Below, piece by piece: positions 1 to 9,291 of a DNA stretch of 64,000 bases. The DNA lies in NCBI GenBank assembly GCA_009702455.1, contig WLIA01000002.1, forward strand, positions 8,184-72,183, read 5' to 3'. The position numbers were made by a program, and so were the translations under genes. Under the pieces are notes generated by a model. It saw only the letters and a program-made list of their open reading frames with translations, had not been told where the DNA came from and made no database searches. The stretch is from Actinomycetota bacterium. Lineage in GTDB: Bacteria; Actinomycetota; Actinomycetes; Actinomycetales; Microbacteriaceae. Numbering within the stretch: position 1 is the first letter of the stretch; every line of letters starts with the position of its first letter.

Positions 1-784
1 CAGAGAAATCACCCAACATCGAGTAAGCCTCTGGGTCGACCTCGACCGTAACTGTTATGTCTGTCTCACTGCTCTGGTACTCGGCGTCGTCAATATCTTG
101 AATTTTCTTGGCCTCGTCGCATATTTCAACCTCAAGTTCAACGGCTGAACCCATGTGATCAAGCCTGAAGTTTCTGAGCTCTTTGTGAATCAGGCAGTAA
201 CCGCGCAAGAACCAGATATTGCCTCGCGTGTCAAGGCGCAGCGGATCAATCTGTCTGGTGCTGGTTTCACCACGGATGTTTCGGTAGACACACTCGATGC
301 GGTGATTGTTCAGCATCGCTTTGCGAATGACGGCAACATCTGAGTCGATAGGGCCAGGTCTGTAGTGAATTGCGGCTGGGCCACTCTCGGTGGTGCCTTC
401 AGAAAGAATCTCTAGAAGTTCAGCAATCTCGTGTTCGCTAGAGAATTCGGGCAGCGTCGACATGATGCTCAGTCCGGCGGCCAACGCAGATGCCTGTCGA
501 GCCGAGAGTCTTGGCGCATCTTCGATAACGTCACCCTGCCAAACCGAGATGATGCCCTCATCGTCGAGCTTTTCTACGTCAAACATGTAGTAAGTGCGAT
601 CGAAATCTTTGTAGGTTGCTGTTGACATTAGGGTCGTTAGTGCTTCGCGCACAAAAACTTCATCAACTCCGAAATGACTTGCTACCGCAGAAAGTGTTGT
701 CTCTGGATTGCGCATCAGGTAACCGATTAGCGGCAAAAGAAAGTTGTAGCGATCGAAAGCGTTCATTCTTCTCGAATCAGGCAT
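1..784 (-). CDS. pafC: WYL-domain transcriptional regulator PafC (3' end runs off the window)
   Basis: Not in the ORF track. Hand translation from ATG 784 (8-bp ATGCCTGA overlap with the pafB stop) reads MPDSRRMNAFDRYNFLLPLIGYL...IECVYRNIRGETSTRQIDPLRLDTRGNIWFLRGYCLIHKELRNFRLDHM, open to the window edge. wHTH+WYL pattern, directly downstream of pafB. Confidence 0.88.
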   Translation of the reverse strand, partial: MPDSRRMNAFDRYNFLLPLIGYLMRNPETTLSAVASHFGVDEVFVREALTTLMSTATYKDFDRTYYMFDVEKLDDEGIISVWQGDVIEDAPRLSARQASALAAGLSIMSTLPEFSSEHEIAELLEILSEGTTESGPAAIHYRPGPIDSDVAVIRKAMLNNHRIECVYRNIRGETSTRQIDPLRLDTRGNIWFLRGYCLIHKELRNFRLDHMGSAVELEVEICDEAKKIQDIDDAEYQSSETDITVTVEVDPEAYSMLGDFS

Positions 785-1781
785 GAGCCACCGCCACCTT
801 CTCATAACCCTGTCGAACTGCTTCGTCGAGCTGCTTGGGTTCGATAACCTCAAAATCGCCGGCGTAGTCGCGCAAGTCATCGGCCAGCAGTGCCAAATCC
901 ATGTATTGAATTTTGAGTTGCTGAACGTCGGTTTCATCGATCGCCGACATGTCGTAGTGAAACCAGGCCGAGGAACCCTTTTTCACATTGAGGATGGCGA
1001 TGTTGTTGGCAATGTGAGCATCAAGTTCATCCTGGTGCTCATCAATCTGCTTTTGCGTTGGCGAGTCAAAAACAATGTCTTTGCTGACCTTCACCTCAGA
1101 AACAATTCGCTTGAGCAAGAAGTTTCTGGCCTCTCCCCTGGCAACGTCGAAACCTTGCACGAGCCACTGGTCTTCAATGTGCGAGATGCGCCAAGGCTGC
1201 AGGGTGCGAGTCTCTGCCTCGTCTTGATCTGGTCGACGATAGCTGAAGGTTACCTGGCGATGCTCGGTAACCGCGGTCGTGAGTGGAGCGAAGGCACGCG
1301 ATTGAGTCTTGATGCGCGGAGCGAATGCGATTATGTCTGAACTTGGTGTCGAAGTGCCGAGAGCTCGAAGTCGGTCGAGACCCCTGGCCGCATCGCTAGA
1401 CAACGAAGCTTGACGCCAAACCGAAGATGCCAGTTGCAATAGTTGCAATTGCTTAGCGCTTAATTTGACTTTCGGTGGCCATTGAAATCCGCTGGGGTCG
1501 ATGATGTAGCGGGTCTCTTGATTGTCATCCATGTCGGAATCTAGGATGCGTGTCTTGAGTTGAACGCCGCTTTTTAGCAGCGCTTCTTTGTCGCGCTCAA
1601 ATTTCCTATTTAGCGAATCGACCGAAATTCCGTTTTCAAGGTCATTGCGGTAATCGCGAATGGCCGAGAACAGCTCGGCCTTCGTCATTCCAACGCTGGT
1701 CGAAATTAGGGCAAGGGTCAGATTGAGCAGTCGCTCAGACGGATCTGATGCGTCAATCTCGTAGTCTTGCGAATCAGTCAC
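777..1781 (-). CDS. pafB: WYL-domain transcriptional regulator PafB
   Basis: ERLLNLTLAL...RKFERDK wHTH and WYL domain (VTFSYRRP...RTLQPW...WLVQGFD...RNFLLKRI); canonical FKBP-pafB-pafC synteny. Confidence 0.9.
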   Translation of the reverse strand: MTDSQDYEIDASDPSERLLNLTLALISTSVGMTKAELFSAIRDYRNDLENGISVDSLNRKFERDKEALLKSGVQLKTRILDSDMDDNQETRYIIDPSGFQWPPKVKLSAKQLQLLQLASSVWRQASLSSDAARGLDRLRALGTSTPSSDIIAFAPRIKTQSRAFAPLTTAVTEHRQVTFSYRRPDQDEAETRTLQPWRISHIEDQWLVQGFDVARGEARNFLLKRIVSEVKVSKDIVFDSPTQKQIDEHQDELDAHIANNIAILNVKKGSSAWFHYDMSAIDETDVQQLKIQYMDLALLADDLRDYAGDFEVIEPKQLDEAVRQGYEKVAVAHA

Positions 1782-1790
1782 TGGCTCCCC

Positions 1791-2771
1791 CTAGTTTTTC
1801 GCTGCTTTGTCTACACCCAAAATGTCTATCACGAAAACCAGTGTCGAGTTGGCAGGAATCGTTTCAGATGCCTGATCTCCGTAGCCGTCACCCGGTGGGA
1901 TAACCGCCAAGACCTGCGAGCCAACCACTGCACCATTAAGCGCCTCGACGAATCCCTTGATGAAGCCGGTCTCGGTCAGCTCCCACTGAACTGGCGCACC
2001 CGCGTTCCAAGAGGAATCAAACTGTGACCCCGTGCTCCAAAGAAAACCGCTGTAGTGCAAGGTGACCTTGTCGCCAATTTCAACTGTCTCTCCGCGACCC
2101 TTGATTAGGTCGACGATCTTGAGTTCGGCGGGAGCTTGGCTCTTTGGAATTTGAACGCCTGGCTGCCCAGAAGGTGCAAGCACAACTGTTGGCATGCCGT
2201 TTTGTGCCGGCTGGGCATCGCCGATTGCCTTCGGCAGATAGACGCGCTGCAAGTCGATCACGAAAATCAAATTGTCAGCAGCGCTGATGCCGCTGCTCGG
2301 GTCACCCTGCGCATCGTGAGCCATCTGGGCTGGAATCAGAATCGCCGCGCGAGAACCCTCTTTAACTCCTGAGAGCGCGTGACAGAAATCAAGTTTCTGA
2401 CCGGTGTTGAAGAACTGAACGACCGCGTCAGAGCCGTCATATTTTGAAGATGCAAACTCGTTTCCGTTGCCGGCGTTGAAAGCGATGTATTCGAACTTAA
2501 CCTGTGCGCCACCCTTGAAAGCCGGGCCGTTTCCTTCGATGAGAATCTTGGTCTCAATCTCGTTGGCGCTCAGAGGCGAGGTGAATGTCACCGTTGGCCT
2601 TGTGCCAAAAGCTCCGGTGGCATTGATCGTATTGACTGCGTCGCCGTTCGTGAACTTCTCGCAAACCTCTGGCAGTGATGCGTAGTCTGCTGCTAGGCCC
2701 GATGGTGAGGCTGCACAGCCCGAGATGGTTGCTGTGATCACTAGCAAGGCTGCCGTAATTAGTTTGCGCAA
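1791..2771 (-). CDS. Tandem FKBP-type peptidyl-prolyl isomerase, predicted lipoprotein
   Basis: Signal peptide with lipobox-like ISGC; two FKBP domains (VTLHYSG...FDSSW...VIPPGDGYG...IPANSTLVFVIDIL). Confidence 0.9.
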   Translation of the reverse strand: MRKLITAALLVITATISGCAASPSGLAADYASLPEVCEKFTNGDAVNTINATGAFGTRPTVTFTSPLSANEIETKILIEGNGPAFKGGAQVKFEYIAFNAGNGNEFASSKYDGSDAVVQFFNTGQKLDFCHALSGVKEGSRAAILIPAQMAHDAQGDPSSGISAADNLIFVIDLQRVYLPKAIGDAQPAQNGMPTVVLAPSGQPGVQIPKSQAPAELKIVDLIKGRGETVEIGDKVTLHYSGFLWSTGSQFDSSWNAGAPVQWELTETGFIKGFVEALNGAVVGSQVLAVIPPGDGYGDQASETIPANSTLVFVIDILGVDKAAKN

Positions 2772-2834
2772 GTTACTACTTTCCAGGTTCGAGATTTCTT
2801 CAAAGAATTCAATTGGCTAAGTTTACGTTCGCAG

Positions 2835-3854
2835 CTAGTCGTCTTGCTCAAGACGTGCCTTAGCGGTTGCGCTGGCGTTTCTAACGGTTTTGCGCAACTT
2901 CTTATCGCTAACCGAGCGCTCTCCCAGATGATCCGGGTTCCACGCGGTTAGGTCTTCGTCGCTGAATTCGGGCTTTTGTTTTCCCTTGAATCTCGGCAGA
3001 ACGGTTCCTGGGGCTAACCTTCTGGCCGTGACTAGGAATCCCGTGTGCCCGATCATTCGGTGGTCGGGGCGAACAGCAAGACCCTGAAGGTGCCAGGTTC
3101 TGAAAAGCGTTTCGAAGGCCTCTGGCTCTGCGAAGTGACCGCTCGCCTTTACCGCCTCCGTGAAGCGCGATAGCTGTGTGACGGTAGCCACGTAACCAAT
3201 GATTAGCCCGCCAGGAACCAGAGCTTCTGCCGATTCTTCAACGCACTCCCAGGGCGCGAGCATGTCTAAAACGACTCGGTCGGCTTGATGGGTGGCAATA
3301 ACCTGGCCCAGTTTCTCCTGCAGGTCGCCGATGTGAATCTGCCAATTCTTCGGGTCGTATCCCAGTTGACTGATTGCGTTTGCCTTGGCAATCTCGGCAA
3401 ACTCCGAGCGACGCTCGAAAGAGTCGAGACGCCCTTTTGGTCCGATCGCCCGCAAAAGATACATGCTGAGCCCGCCCGAACCAACGCCGGCTTCGACAAC
3501 GCGCGCACCCGGAAAAATGTCGCCCATCGTAACAATCAGAGCCGAATCCTTGGGGTAAATGATGTTTGCACCACGTGGCATCGACAAGACGAAATCGGTC
3601 AGAAGTGGTCTTAGCGCTAGGTATTCGATGCCGTTGTGGTTCTTGATCACCGATCCTTCAAGCTGCCCGATGATGTCATCGTGCTTGAGCTCGCCGCGAT
3701 GAGTGCCGAAACTACCGCCAACTTCGAGGGTTATTGTGTTCAAGCGACCCTTTGGGCCGGTGAGTTGAACGCGGTCACCGACGCGAAATGGTCCGCGAGG
3801 CAGGTTCTCGTGCTCAGTCAGTTTGGGCTCGCTTCTCTTTGTGAAGGCCGGCAA
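2835..3854 (-). CDS. trmI: tRNA (adenine-58-N1)-methyltransferase
   Basis: MPRGANIIYPKD, VVEAGVGSGGLS, LDMLAPW and VRPDHRMIGHTGFL motifs; start codon uncertain (TTG 3854 or CTG 3821). Confidence 0.93.
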   Translation of the reverse strand: MPAFTKRSEPKLTEHENLPRGPFRVGDRVQLTGPKGRLNTITLEVGGSFGTHRGELKHDDIIGQLEGSVIKNHNGIEYLALRPLLTDFVLSMPRGANIIYPKDSALIVTMGDIFPGARVVEAGVGSGGLSMYLLRAIGPKGRLDSFERRSEFAEIAKANAISQLGYDPKNWQIHIGDLQEKLGQVIATHQADRVVLDMLAPWECVEESAEALVPGGLIIGYVATVTQLSRFTEAVKASGHFAEPEAFETLFRTWHLQGLAVRPDHRMIGHTGFLVTARRLAPGTVLPRFKGKQKPEFSDEDLTAWNPDHLGERSVSDKKLRKTVRNASATAKARLEQDD

Positions 3855-4491
3855 GGGTCTCGGCGGTGACCCCTTGAAGTGTCGACCAGATAAGTCTGCC
3901 CTCTTGTTCGGGTAACTGCACGATATTTGGAATTCCGATTGCGATTGCCCCCGAGGCCTCGGCCGAAGTCAGCCCGGTCACTGAGTCTTCGAGCGCGATG
4001 CAGTCTTTGATGTCTACTCCGAGTTGTTTTGCAGCCAAAAGATAGGGTTCGGGATGCGGCTTGCCGTTGGTCACGTCATCGCCGGCAACGACAACATCGA
4101 ATTCGCCGACTGGCAATTGGGCCGCCACGCGAAGCGCCATGCGCCGCATAGACATCGTCACCAGTGCGGTCTTGACTCCATTTGCCTTCAAGTCGGCCAT
4201 GAGTTCGAGCACACCTGGGCGCCAAACGATTTCGACGTCGAGTTTCTCGATGACGGCATCGGTCAATATCTCGGATATCTCACCGGGAGTTAGGTCGATG
4301 CCGAGTTTCTCTTTGATGAGTTTCGTGCTCTGGTAAAGACTCACGCCGATCAAGGCTTCGCCGTCATCGCTTGTCCATTTTGCACCCCAACTCGCAGCGA
4401 GCTCCTGTTCACTGCTCAGCCAGTGGTGCTCTGAGTCGATGAGCGTTCCATCCATGTCAAATAGAACGGCGGCTGGATAGGTGTTGGGCAT
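3814..4491 (-). CDS. HAD-family phosphatase (beta-PGM/CbbY-like)
   Basis: FDMDGTLIDSE, GKPHPEPY and EDS motifs. Confidence 0.9.
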   Translation of the reverse strand: MPNTYPAAVLFDMDGTLIDSEHHWLSSEQELAASWGAKWTSDDGEALIGVSLYQSTKLIKEKLGIDLTPGEISEILTDAVIEKLDVEIVWRPGVLELMADLKANGVKTALVTMSMRRMALRVAAQLPVGEFDVVVAGDDVTNGKPHPEPYLLAAKQLGVDIKDCIALEDSVTGLTSAEASGAIAIGIPNIVQLPEQEGRLIWSTLQGVTAETLAGLHKEKRAQTD

Positions 4492-4549
4492 GGGTAAATT
4501 TTACCCTGCGGTTCGCCTAATGTTTAGGTGAGAGATATTGGAGATTGGC

Positions 4550-5404
4550 TTGGCAAACCCCTTTTTTGAAGGCAGAACCTTGATTGTGGCGTTCGAGGGC
4601 TGGAACGATGCCGCAGAGGGCGCAAGCGGGCTGGTCAAGCACCTGGTTTTGCAATTGGATGCCGATGTGATCGCAGCTGTTGATCCAGAGGACTATTACG
4701 ACTTTCAGTTTTCACGCCCCACTGTCGCGAACGACGAAGACGGCCAGCGCGAGATTTCGTGGCCGGGAGCCGAGTTGCTGCGTAGCTCCAAGGCTGCCGC
4801 TGAAGAGAATCCGAGATTCTCAGATTTGTATTTTTTGCTCGGCAACGAACCGGCTCGGCGATGGAAGACGTTCTCAGCCGAAATCATGGAGTTCATCGAA
4901 GACTGCGAAATCGACCGCGTAATCTTTCTCGGAGCCGTGCCATCGGATAGTCCGCACACCAGATCGATTAGGGTTTCACGCTCTAGCCAAAGCGCCAAGA
5001 TGCGCAAGCAGTTGGCAATTGAGCCGAGCGAATACGAAGGCCCGGTTGGAATAATCTCAGTGCTGGCGATGTCTCTCGAAGAGGCGGGCATACCTTCTGT
5101 GGCTCTATGGGCTCCGGTGCCCCACTACGTTCACAACTCCCCTTCGCCAAAAGCGACCTTTGCGCTCTTGGTCGAGCTCGAGACACTGCTCGGTTTGCAG
5201 TTCAATCACGGCACCCTTGCTGACGATGCATTTGCCTGGGAGCGCGGAATTGATGAACTCGCCGAAAACGATGAAGATCTCGCAACCTACGTGAGTCAGC
5301 TCGAGTCGGCCCGCGATGCCGCCGACGAAAGCGCTGGTAGTGCCGAATCTTTGGCTCTGGAGTTTGAACGTTTTCTCGCCCAAGAAGATGAGGGCAAAGA
5401 CTAG
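4550..5404 (+). CDS. PAC2-family (proteasome assembly chaperone-like) protein
   Basis: AFEGWNDA, DPEDYYDFQFSRP, YEGPVGI and VPHYV...PSPKA motifs; start placed at TTG 4550 after GGAG (ORF track opens at 4538). Confidence 0.88.
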   Translation: MANPFFEGRTLIVAFEGWNDAAEGASGLVKHLVLQLDADVIAAVDPEDYYDFQFSRPTVANDEDGQREISWPGAELLRSSKAAAEENPRFSDLYFLLGNEPARRWKTFSAEIMEFIEDCEIDRVIFLGAVPSDSPHTRSIRVSRSSQSAKMRKQLAIEPSEYEGPVGIISVLAMSLEEAGIPSVALWAPVPHYVHNSPSPKATFALLVELETLLGLQFNHGTLADDAFAWERGIDELAENDEDLATYVSQLESARDAADESAGSAESLALEFERFLAQEDEGKD

Positions 5405-5417
5405 CCCCTCGTTTTGG

Positions 5418-6260
5418 CTAGGCCGTCAGCGCACCGTTGCTGAGCAAAATCAGCAAAGCGACACCCACAACGATTCGCCAAATAATGAATGGCATAAACG
5501 AACCGCGGCTTAGGTAGCGCAAAAACGCAACGATAACCGTGAAGCCAACCGCGAATGAAACAACGGTCGCCACTGCGGTGGCAGCTATGTCGCTTGCCTC
5601 GAGACTTTGATAGGTCGTTGCGAATTCGAAAGTTCCACTTGCTATCACCGCCGGGATGGCCAACAGAAAGCTGTAACGAGCTGCCGCTTGCCTGCTGTAG
5701 CCGAGAAACAAGCCCATCGAAATCGTGCCGCCCGACCTCGAAACACCTGGAATCACTGCGAGGGCTTGCGCAAGTCCGTAGAGAATTCCGTCGCGCGTCG
5801 ACATGTCGTCGATTGATTTGGTTCTCGCGCCAACTCGATCGGCAACGGCTAAGACGAGGCCGAAAATGATCAGCATGAACGCAACAATCCAAAGGTTGCG
5901 AAGTTGATTTTCGATTTGAGTCTTGAATATCAAACCCACGACAATCACCGGAACGCTGCCGACAATAACCAGCCAGCCGAGTTTGGCATCTGCTTTTTGG
6001 CTTGCGCTCTGCGGTTTTCGAGAAACAATTGACCCGAACCAAGCTCGAACAATTCGAACAATGTCTTTGAAGAAGTAGATAACCACGGCCGCTTCGGTTC
6101 CGAGCTGAATCGTGGCGATGAACGCGGTTAGCTGCGGCCGGCTCATGTGATCTAGACCGAGAAGTTGACTCGCAATCTGAACGTGGGCGCTCGACGAGAT
6201 TGGAAGAAATTCGGTAAGTCCCTGGATGAGTCCGAGAATAACCGCATCAAAAAAATTCAA
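5418..6260 (-). CDS. uppP: Undecaprenyl-diphosphate phosphatase
   Basis: QGLTEFLPISSSAH and PGVSRSGGTI signature motifs; multi-TM. Confidence 0.96.
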   Translation of the reverse strand: MNFFDAVILGLIQGLTEFLPISSSAHVQIASQLLGLDHMSRPQLTAFIATIQLGTEAAVVIYFFKDIVRIVRAWFGSIVSRKPQSASQKADAKLGWLVIVGSVPVIVVGLIFKTQIENQLRNLWIVAFMLIIFGLVLAVADRVGARTKSIDDMSTRDGILYGLAQALAVIPGVSRSGGTISMGLFLGYSRQAAARYSFLLAIPAVIASGTFEFATTYQSLEASDIAATAVATVVSFAVGFTVIVAFLRYLSRGSFMPFIIWRIVVGVALLILLSNGALTA

Positions 6261-6475
6261 TCAGACTCTTCTTCGTTGTCGGCCAGTTCGAAAGGAAGCC
6301 ACTCCTCGAATCGCTCGTCAACGGCTTCTTCATAGTCGAGAAATGAATCCTTGAGCACTTCGTATGCGTGCGAAACCGCCGGATCGTCTTCTGAGCGCTT
6401 GCTGCTCATGGCCTCGAAGTGACGCTCGAGAGCGGCGATTAACTGTTGCAGTGCGAGTCTCGGTTCTGTAGCCAT
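6257..6475 (-). CDS. Small acidic hypothetical protein
   Basis: 72 aa; ATG 6 nt after TAGTTT; TTGA stop/start overlap with uppP. Confidence 0.8.
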   Translation of the reverse strand: MATEPRLALQQLIAALERHFEAMSSKRSEDDPAVSHAYEVLKDSFLDYEEAVDERFEEWLPFELADNEEESD

Positions 6476-6585
6476 ACGCCCAAACTACCCTGCGTGCGCG
6501 GGTTTCGGTGGTAAATCGAACTCGCCCGCAATGTGTGTTCGTGCTACCATCGAGTCTTGTCGCCGAGTCTAGAGACTCATCACTC

Positions 6586-6668
6586 GTCCGGGTGGCGGAA
6601 TGGTAGACGCGCTAGCTTGAGGTGCTAGTCCTCTTCGGGGGGTGTGGGTTCAAGTCCCATTTCGGACA
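6586..6668 (+). tRNA. tRNA-Leu(GAG)
   Basis: Acceptor GTCCGGG/TTCGGAC-A, D-arm GCGGAATGGTAGACGC, anticodon arm CTAGC-TTGAGGT-GCTAG, long variable arm, T-arm GTGGG-TTCAAGT-CCCAT; CCA not encoded. Confidence 0.95.
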
Positions 6669-6691
6669 CGTAGCTTGAGACAGCTAAACAT

Positions 6692-6727
6692 AAAGCCCCT
6701 GTGCATTAGCGCGGGGGTTTTGTGTTT
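6692..6727 (+). terminator. Intrinsic terminator after tRNA-Leu(GAG)
   Basis: AAAGCCCCTGTGC-ATTA-GCGCGGGGGTTTT hairpin followed by a U-rich tract. Confidence 0.75.
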
Positions 6728-6749
6728 GCACACCTTTTACACTTGGATA

Positions 6750-7589
6750 ATGCCCGATAGAGAAGTGTCGCTTAGCGCTGCAGCAGCCTACTCAATCGAT
6801 ATTGCCCGCGAACTCTTGCTTGGCAAGAAAGTAGTCGTTCTCACCGGCGCAGGGCTAAGCACCGATTCGGGCATCCCCGACTATCGCGGTGAGGGCCGAG
6901 TCGCCCGGCATCCGATGACTTACGACGTTTTCATGGGTTCGCATGAGGCAAGGGTGCGCTACTGGGCCCGCAGTTATGTGGGTTGGAGTCGAATCGCCGA
7001 CGCCAAGCCAAACGCTGGACATCAAAGTCTTGCCGAGGCACAAAAACTTGGACGAATCGGTCGCATAATCACGCAGAATGTCGACGGGCTACATCAGGCC
7101 GCCGGCGCGACAGATGTCATTGACTTGCACGGAAGGCTAGATCGGGTGATTTGCACCGGCTGCAAGAAACTGATTGCTCGCACCGACCTTGACACCATTT
7201 TGCGCAACCTGAATCCGGGCGTCGACAAAAACTCAAACATCGAGTTCACGCCCGACGGCGATGCCGAAGTAGAGGTGTCTGCCGATTTCAAGATTCCCGA
7301 TTGCCCGATTTGCAAATCAATTCTGAAACCAGATGTCGTGTTCTTTGGTGAAAGTGTTCCTGCCATTCGTTCCGAAATGGCTATGACCGAACTTGAGCAG
7401 GCAGATGCCCTCTTGGTCGCCGGAACTTCGCTAAGCGTCAACTCGGGTATGCGTTTTGCTCGCGCGGCTGCAAAGTCGGGCAAACCGATTGTCATCGTAA
7501 ACTTGGGTGCAACCCGCGCCGACAACCTGGCAATCGCAAAAATTGAGGCGAACACCTCTCGGGCTCTCGAAAGGCTGCTAATTGGTTAA
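6750..7589 (+). CDS. Sir2-family NAD-dependent protein deacylase (class II/SIRT4-like)
   Basis: TGAGLSTDSGIPDYRG, ITQNVDGLH, DLHG, two CxxC, LKPDVVFFGE. Start moved to ATG 6750 because the ORF-track start lies inside the tRNA. Confidence 0.93.
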   Translation: MPDREVSLSAAAAYSIDIARELLLGKKVVVLTGAGLSTDSGIPDYRGEGRVARHPMTYDVFMGSHEARVRYWARSYVGWSRIADAKPNAGHQSLAEAQKLGRIGRIITQNVDGLHQAAGATDVIDLHGRLDRVICTGCKKLIARTDLDTILRNLNPGVDKNSNIEFTPDGDAEVEVSADFKIPDCPICKSILKPDVVFFGESVPAIRSEMAMTELEQADALLVAGTSLSVNSGMRFARAAAKSGKPIVIVNLGATRADNLAIAKIEANTSRALERLLIG

Positions 7590-8163
7590 GACTGTTGTGG
7601 GCTTGCTGCGTCACGGGCAGACCGATTGGAACATCGACTTTCGACTGCAGGGCGTCACCGACGTCGAGCTCAACGCGACCGGAATTAGGCAAGCGCAGCT
7701 TGCAGCTGAAAACCTGAGCGGTGACGATTGGGATTTCATAGCCAGTTCTCCCCTTTCCCGAGCCAAAGTGACCGCAGAGATTGTGGCAGAGAAGTTGCAG
7801 ATCGCAGAGGTGCAGGTTCTGCCGCTGTTGCTCGAACGCTCTTTCGGTGAAGTTGAGGGAATGCTCTACGAAGACTGGAAGCGACTTCATCCCGATGGCA
7901 TCGCGCCCGGCGGCGAAACTGAAGAGCAGTTACACGCGCGAACTCTAGACCTTTTAGAAGAGCTGCTTGAGCTATACCGTGGCACAAGAGTTCTAACAAT
8001 CAGCCACGGGGCTCTTATTCGCAAGGTGGTAAACATTCTGAGCCGCGAGAAGTTGCCTCTTCCAGGCGAGCGAATCGCTAACGCCTCGCTTAGCGTGATT
8101 GTGCATGACGAGTCTGGCTGGCGGCTAGAAAACTACGGTCCGGCAGCGCTTTCTGGTAGCTAA
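7582..8163 (+). CDS. Histidine phosphatase (phosphoglycerate mutase) family protein
   Basis: LLRHGQTDWN, SSPLSRA, ERSFG and ISHG motifs; 8-bp overlap with the sirtuin. Confidence 0.9.
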   Translation: MVKTVVGLLRHGQTDWNIDFRLQGVTDVELNATGIRQAQLAAENLSGDDWDFIASSPLSRAKVTAEIVAEKLQIAEVQVLPLLLERSFGEVEGMLYEDWKRLHPDGIAPGGETEEQLHARTLDLLEELLELYRGTRVLTISHGALIRKVVNILSREKLPLPGERIANASLSVIVHDESGWRLENYGPAALSGS

Positions 8164-8190
8164 GCGGTATTTGCTGAATTCGGTCGACCG

Positions 8191-9291
8191 TCAGTAGAGC
8201 GTGTTGATAGCGGTAATCAGTTGGTCTGCCGAAGCTTCCCAGTTGAAATTTCGGGCCTGCTCAAGCGACGCCTTGCTCTTTTCGCGCCACTTGCTCTTCG
8301 ACTCGAGGCTGCGCACACCTTCGGCAAAGCCTTCTGGTGAGAGGGCTTCGAAATAAGTCGCTGCTTCACCACCGATTTCTCTAAAGATCTCGATGTCACT
8401 GATGATCACCGGGCATCCGCGGCCCATCGCTTCGATAACGGGTATTCCAAAACCCTCATCGAGTGACGCCGAAACCAGAGCGATGGCATCGTCTAAATGG
8501 CTCAGGTATTCGGTATCGGTTACCCCGTTGTGAAAAATCACGTTGTTGATTTGGCTTAGTTCTGACAAGTCGTTTTGCCGGGTGCTCGTGATGCTGCTCA
8601 GCAGGTGCAGTTCATATTCGGGCAAAAGATTCATCGCTTTAACTAGCGTCTCGACGTTCTTGTAATCCATGAAGCTACCCATGTAAACAAGCTTCTGTGC
8701 GCCGTTTGGCCTGCTGTGAGCTACTTCGTGCTGTTCGACATTGTGCGCAGCGGCGTTGAAGACAACGTGCACCGGAAGTTTGGTGAGGCGATTTTTAGCG
8801 ATTAGCGCTTTGGTGGTGTGTGAAACCGTTATGACCGCATCGGTCGAATTGAGCAGAACTCGCTGTGGCCAAAAGAAACTGTGAAAGATTCGCCAACCCA
8901 AGCGAATCAATGGCGAAAAATTTGGCGGGGCTGCCGGATGTGCGTAGTAAATCAAATCGTGAAGTGTGAGCAAGAGTTTGTAGCGGCGACCAAGCCGGCC
9001 CATTGTCTGCAACGGGGTGAAAACCAGCTTCGCGCCGATGCGATTTAACTTGAGCCCGAGAAATGCCTCGCCAATTAGAGAAGTGGGGTCGCTCAATTGG
9101 ATGTGCTTGATTCCATTTGGCAGCGATTCAAGTTGACGCGGGTCTGAGACGATAGCAACGGTATCGATTCTCTTGCTCATGGCATCACAGAGACCCGAAG
9201 AGAATCGGCTGACACCGTCGTGGTGATCAACTCGGATGTACCTGGCATCAAAGTAAAGGGTGTCTTTGACTAGCGGGCTGAGTTCAGTCAT
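8191..9291 (-). CDS. GT4-family glycosyltransferase
   Basis: TLHDLIY, VITVS, YKNVE and EGFGIPVIEAM (EX7E) motifs. Confidence 0.9.
   Translation of the reverse strand: MTELSPLVKDTLYFDARYIRVDHHDGVSRFSSGLCDAMSKRIDTVAIVSDPRQLESLPNGIKHIQLSDPTSLIGEAFLGLKLNRIGAKLVFTPLQTMGRLGRRYKLLLTLHDLIYYAHPAAPPNFSPLIRLGWRIFHSFFWPQRVLLNSTDAVITVSHTTKALIAKNRLTKLPVHVVFNAAAHNVEQHEVAHSRPNGAQKLVYMGSFMDYKNVETLVKAMNLLPEYELHLLSSITSTRQNDLSELSQINNVIFHNGVTDTEYLSHLDDAIALVSASLDEGFGIPVIEAMGRGCPVIISDIEIFREIGGEAATYFEALSPEGFAEGVRSLESKSKWREKSKASLEQARNFNWEASADQLITAINTLY

Noticed and set aside
5401-6042. 213-aa alternative-frame ORF inside uppP
   Set aside because: Arg/Cys/Ser-rich with no motif; typical shifted-frame translation of a hydrophobic gene.
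6642-6749. ORF-track N-terminal extension of the sirtuin
   Set aside because: It runs through the tRNA 3' end and terminator; ATG 6750 with a -10 box 6 nt upstream is a better start.
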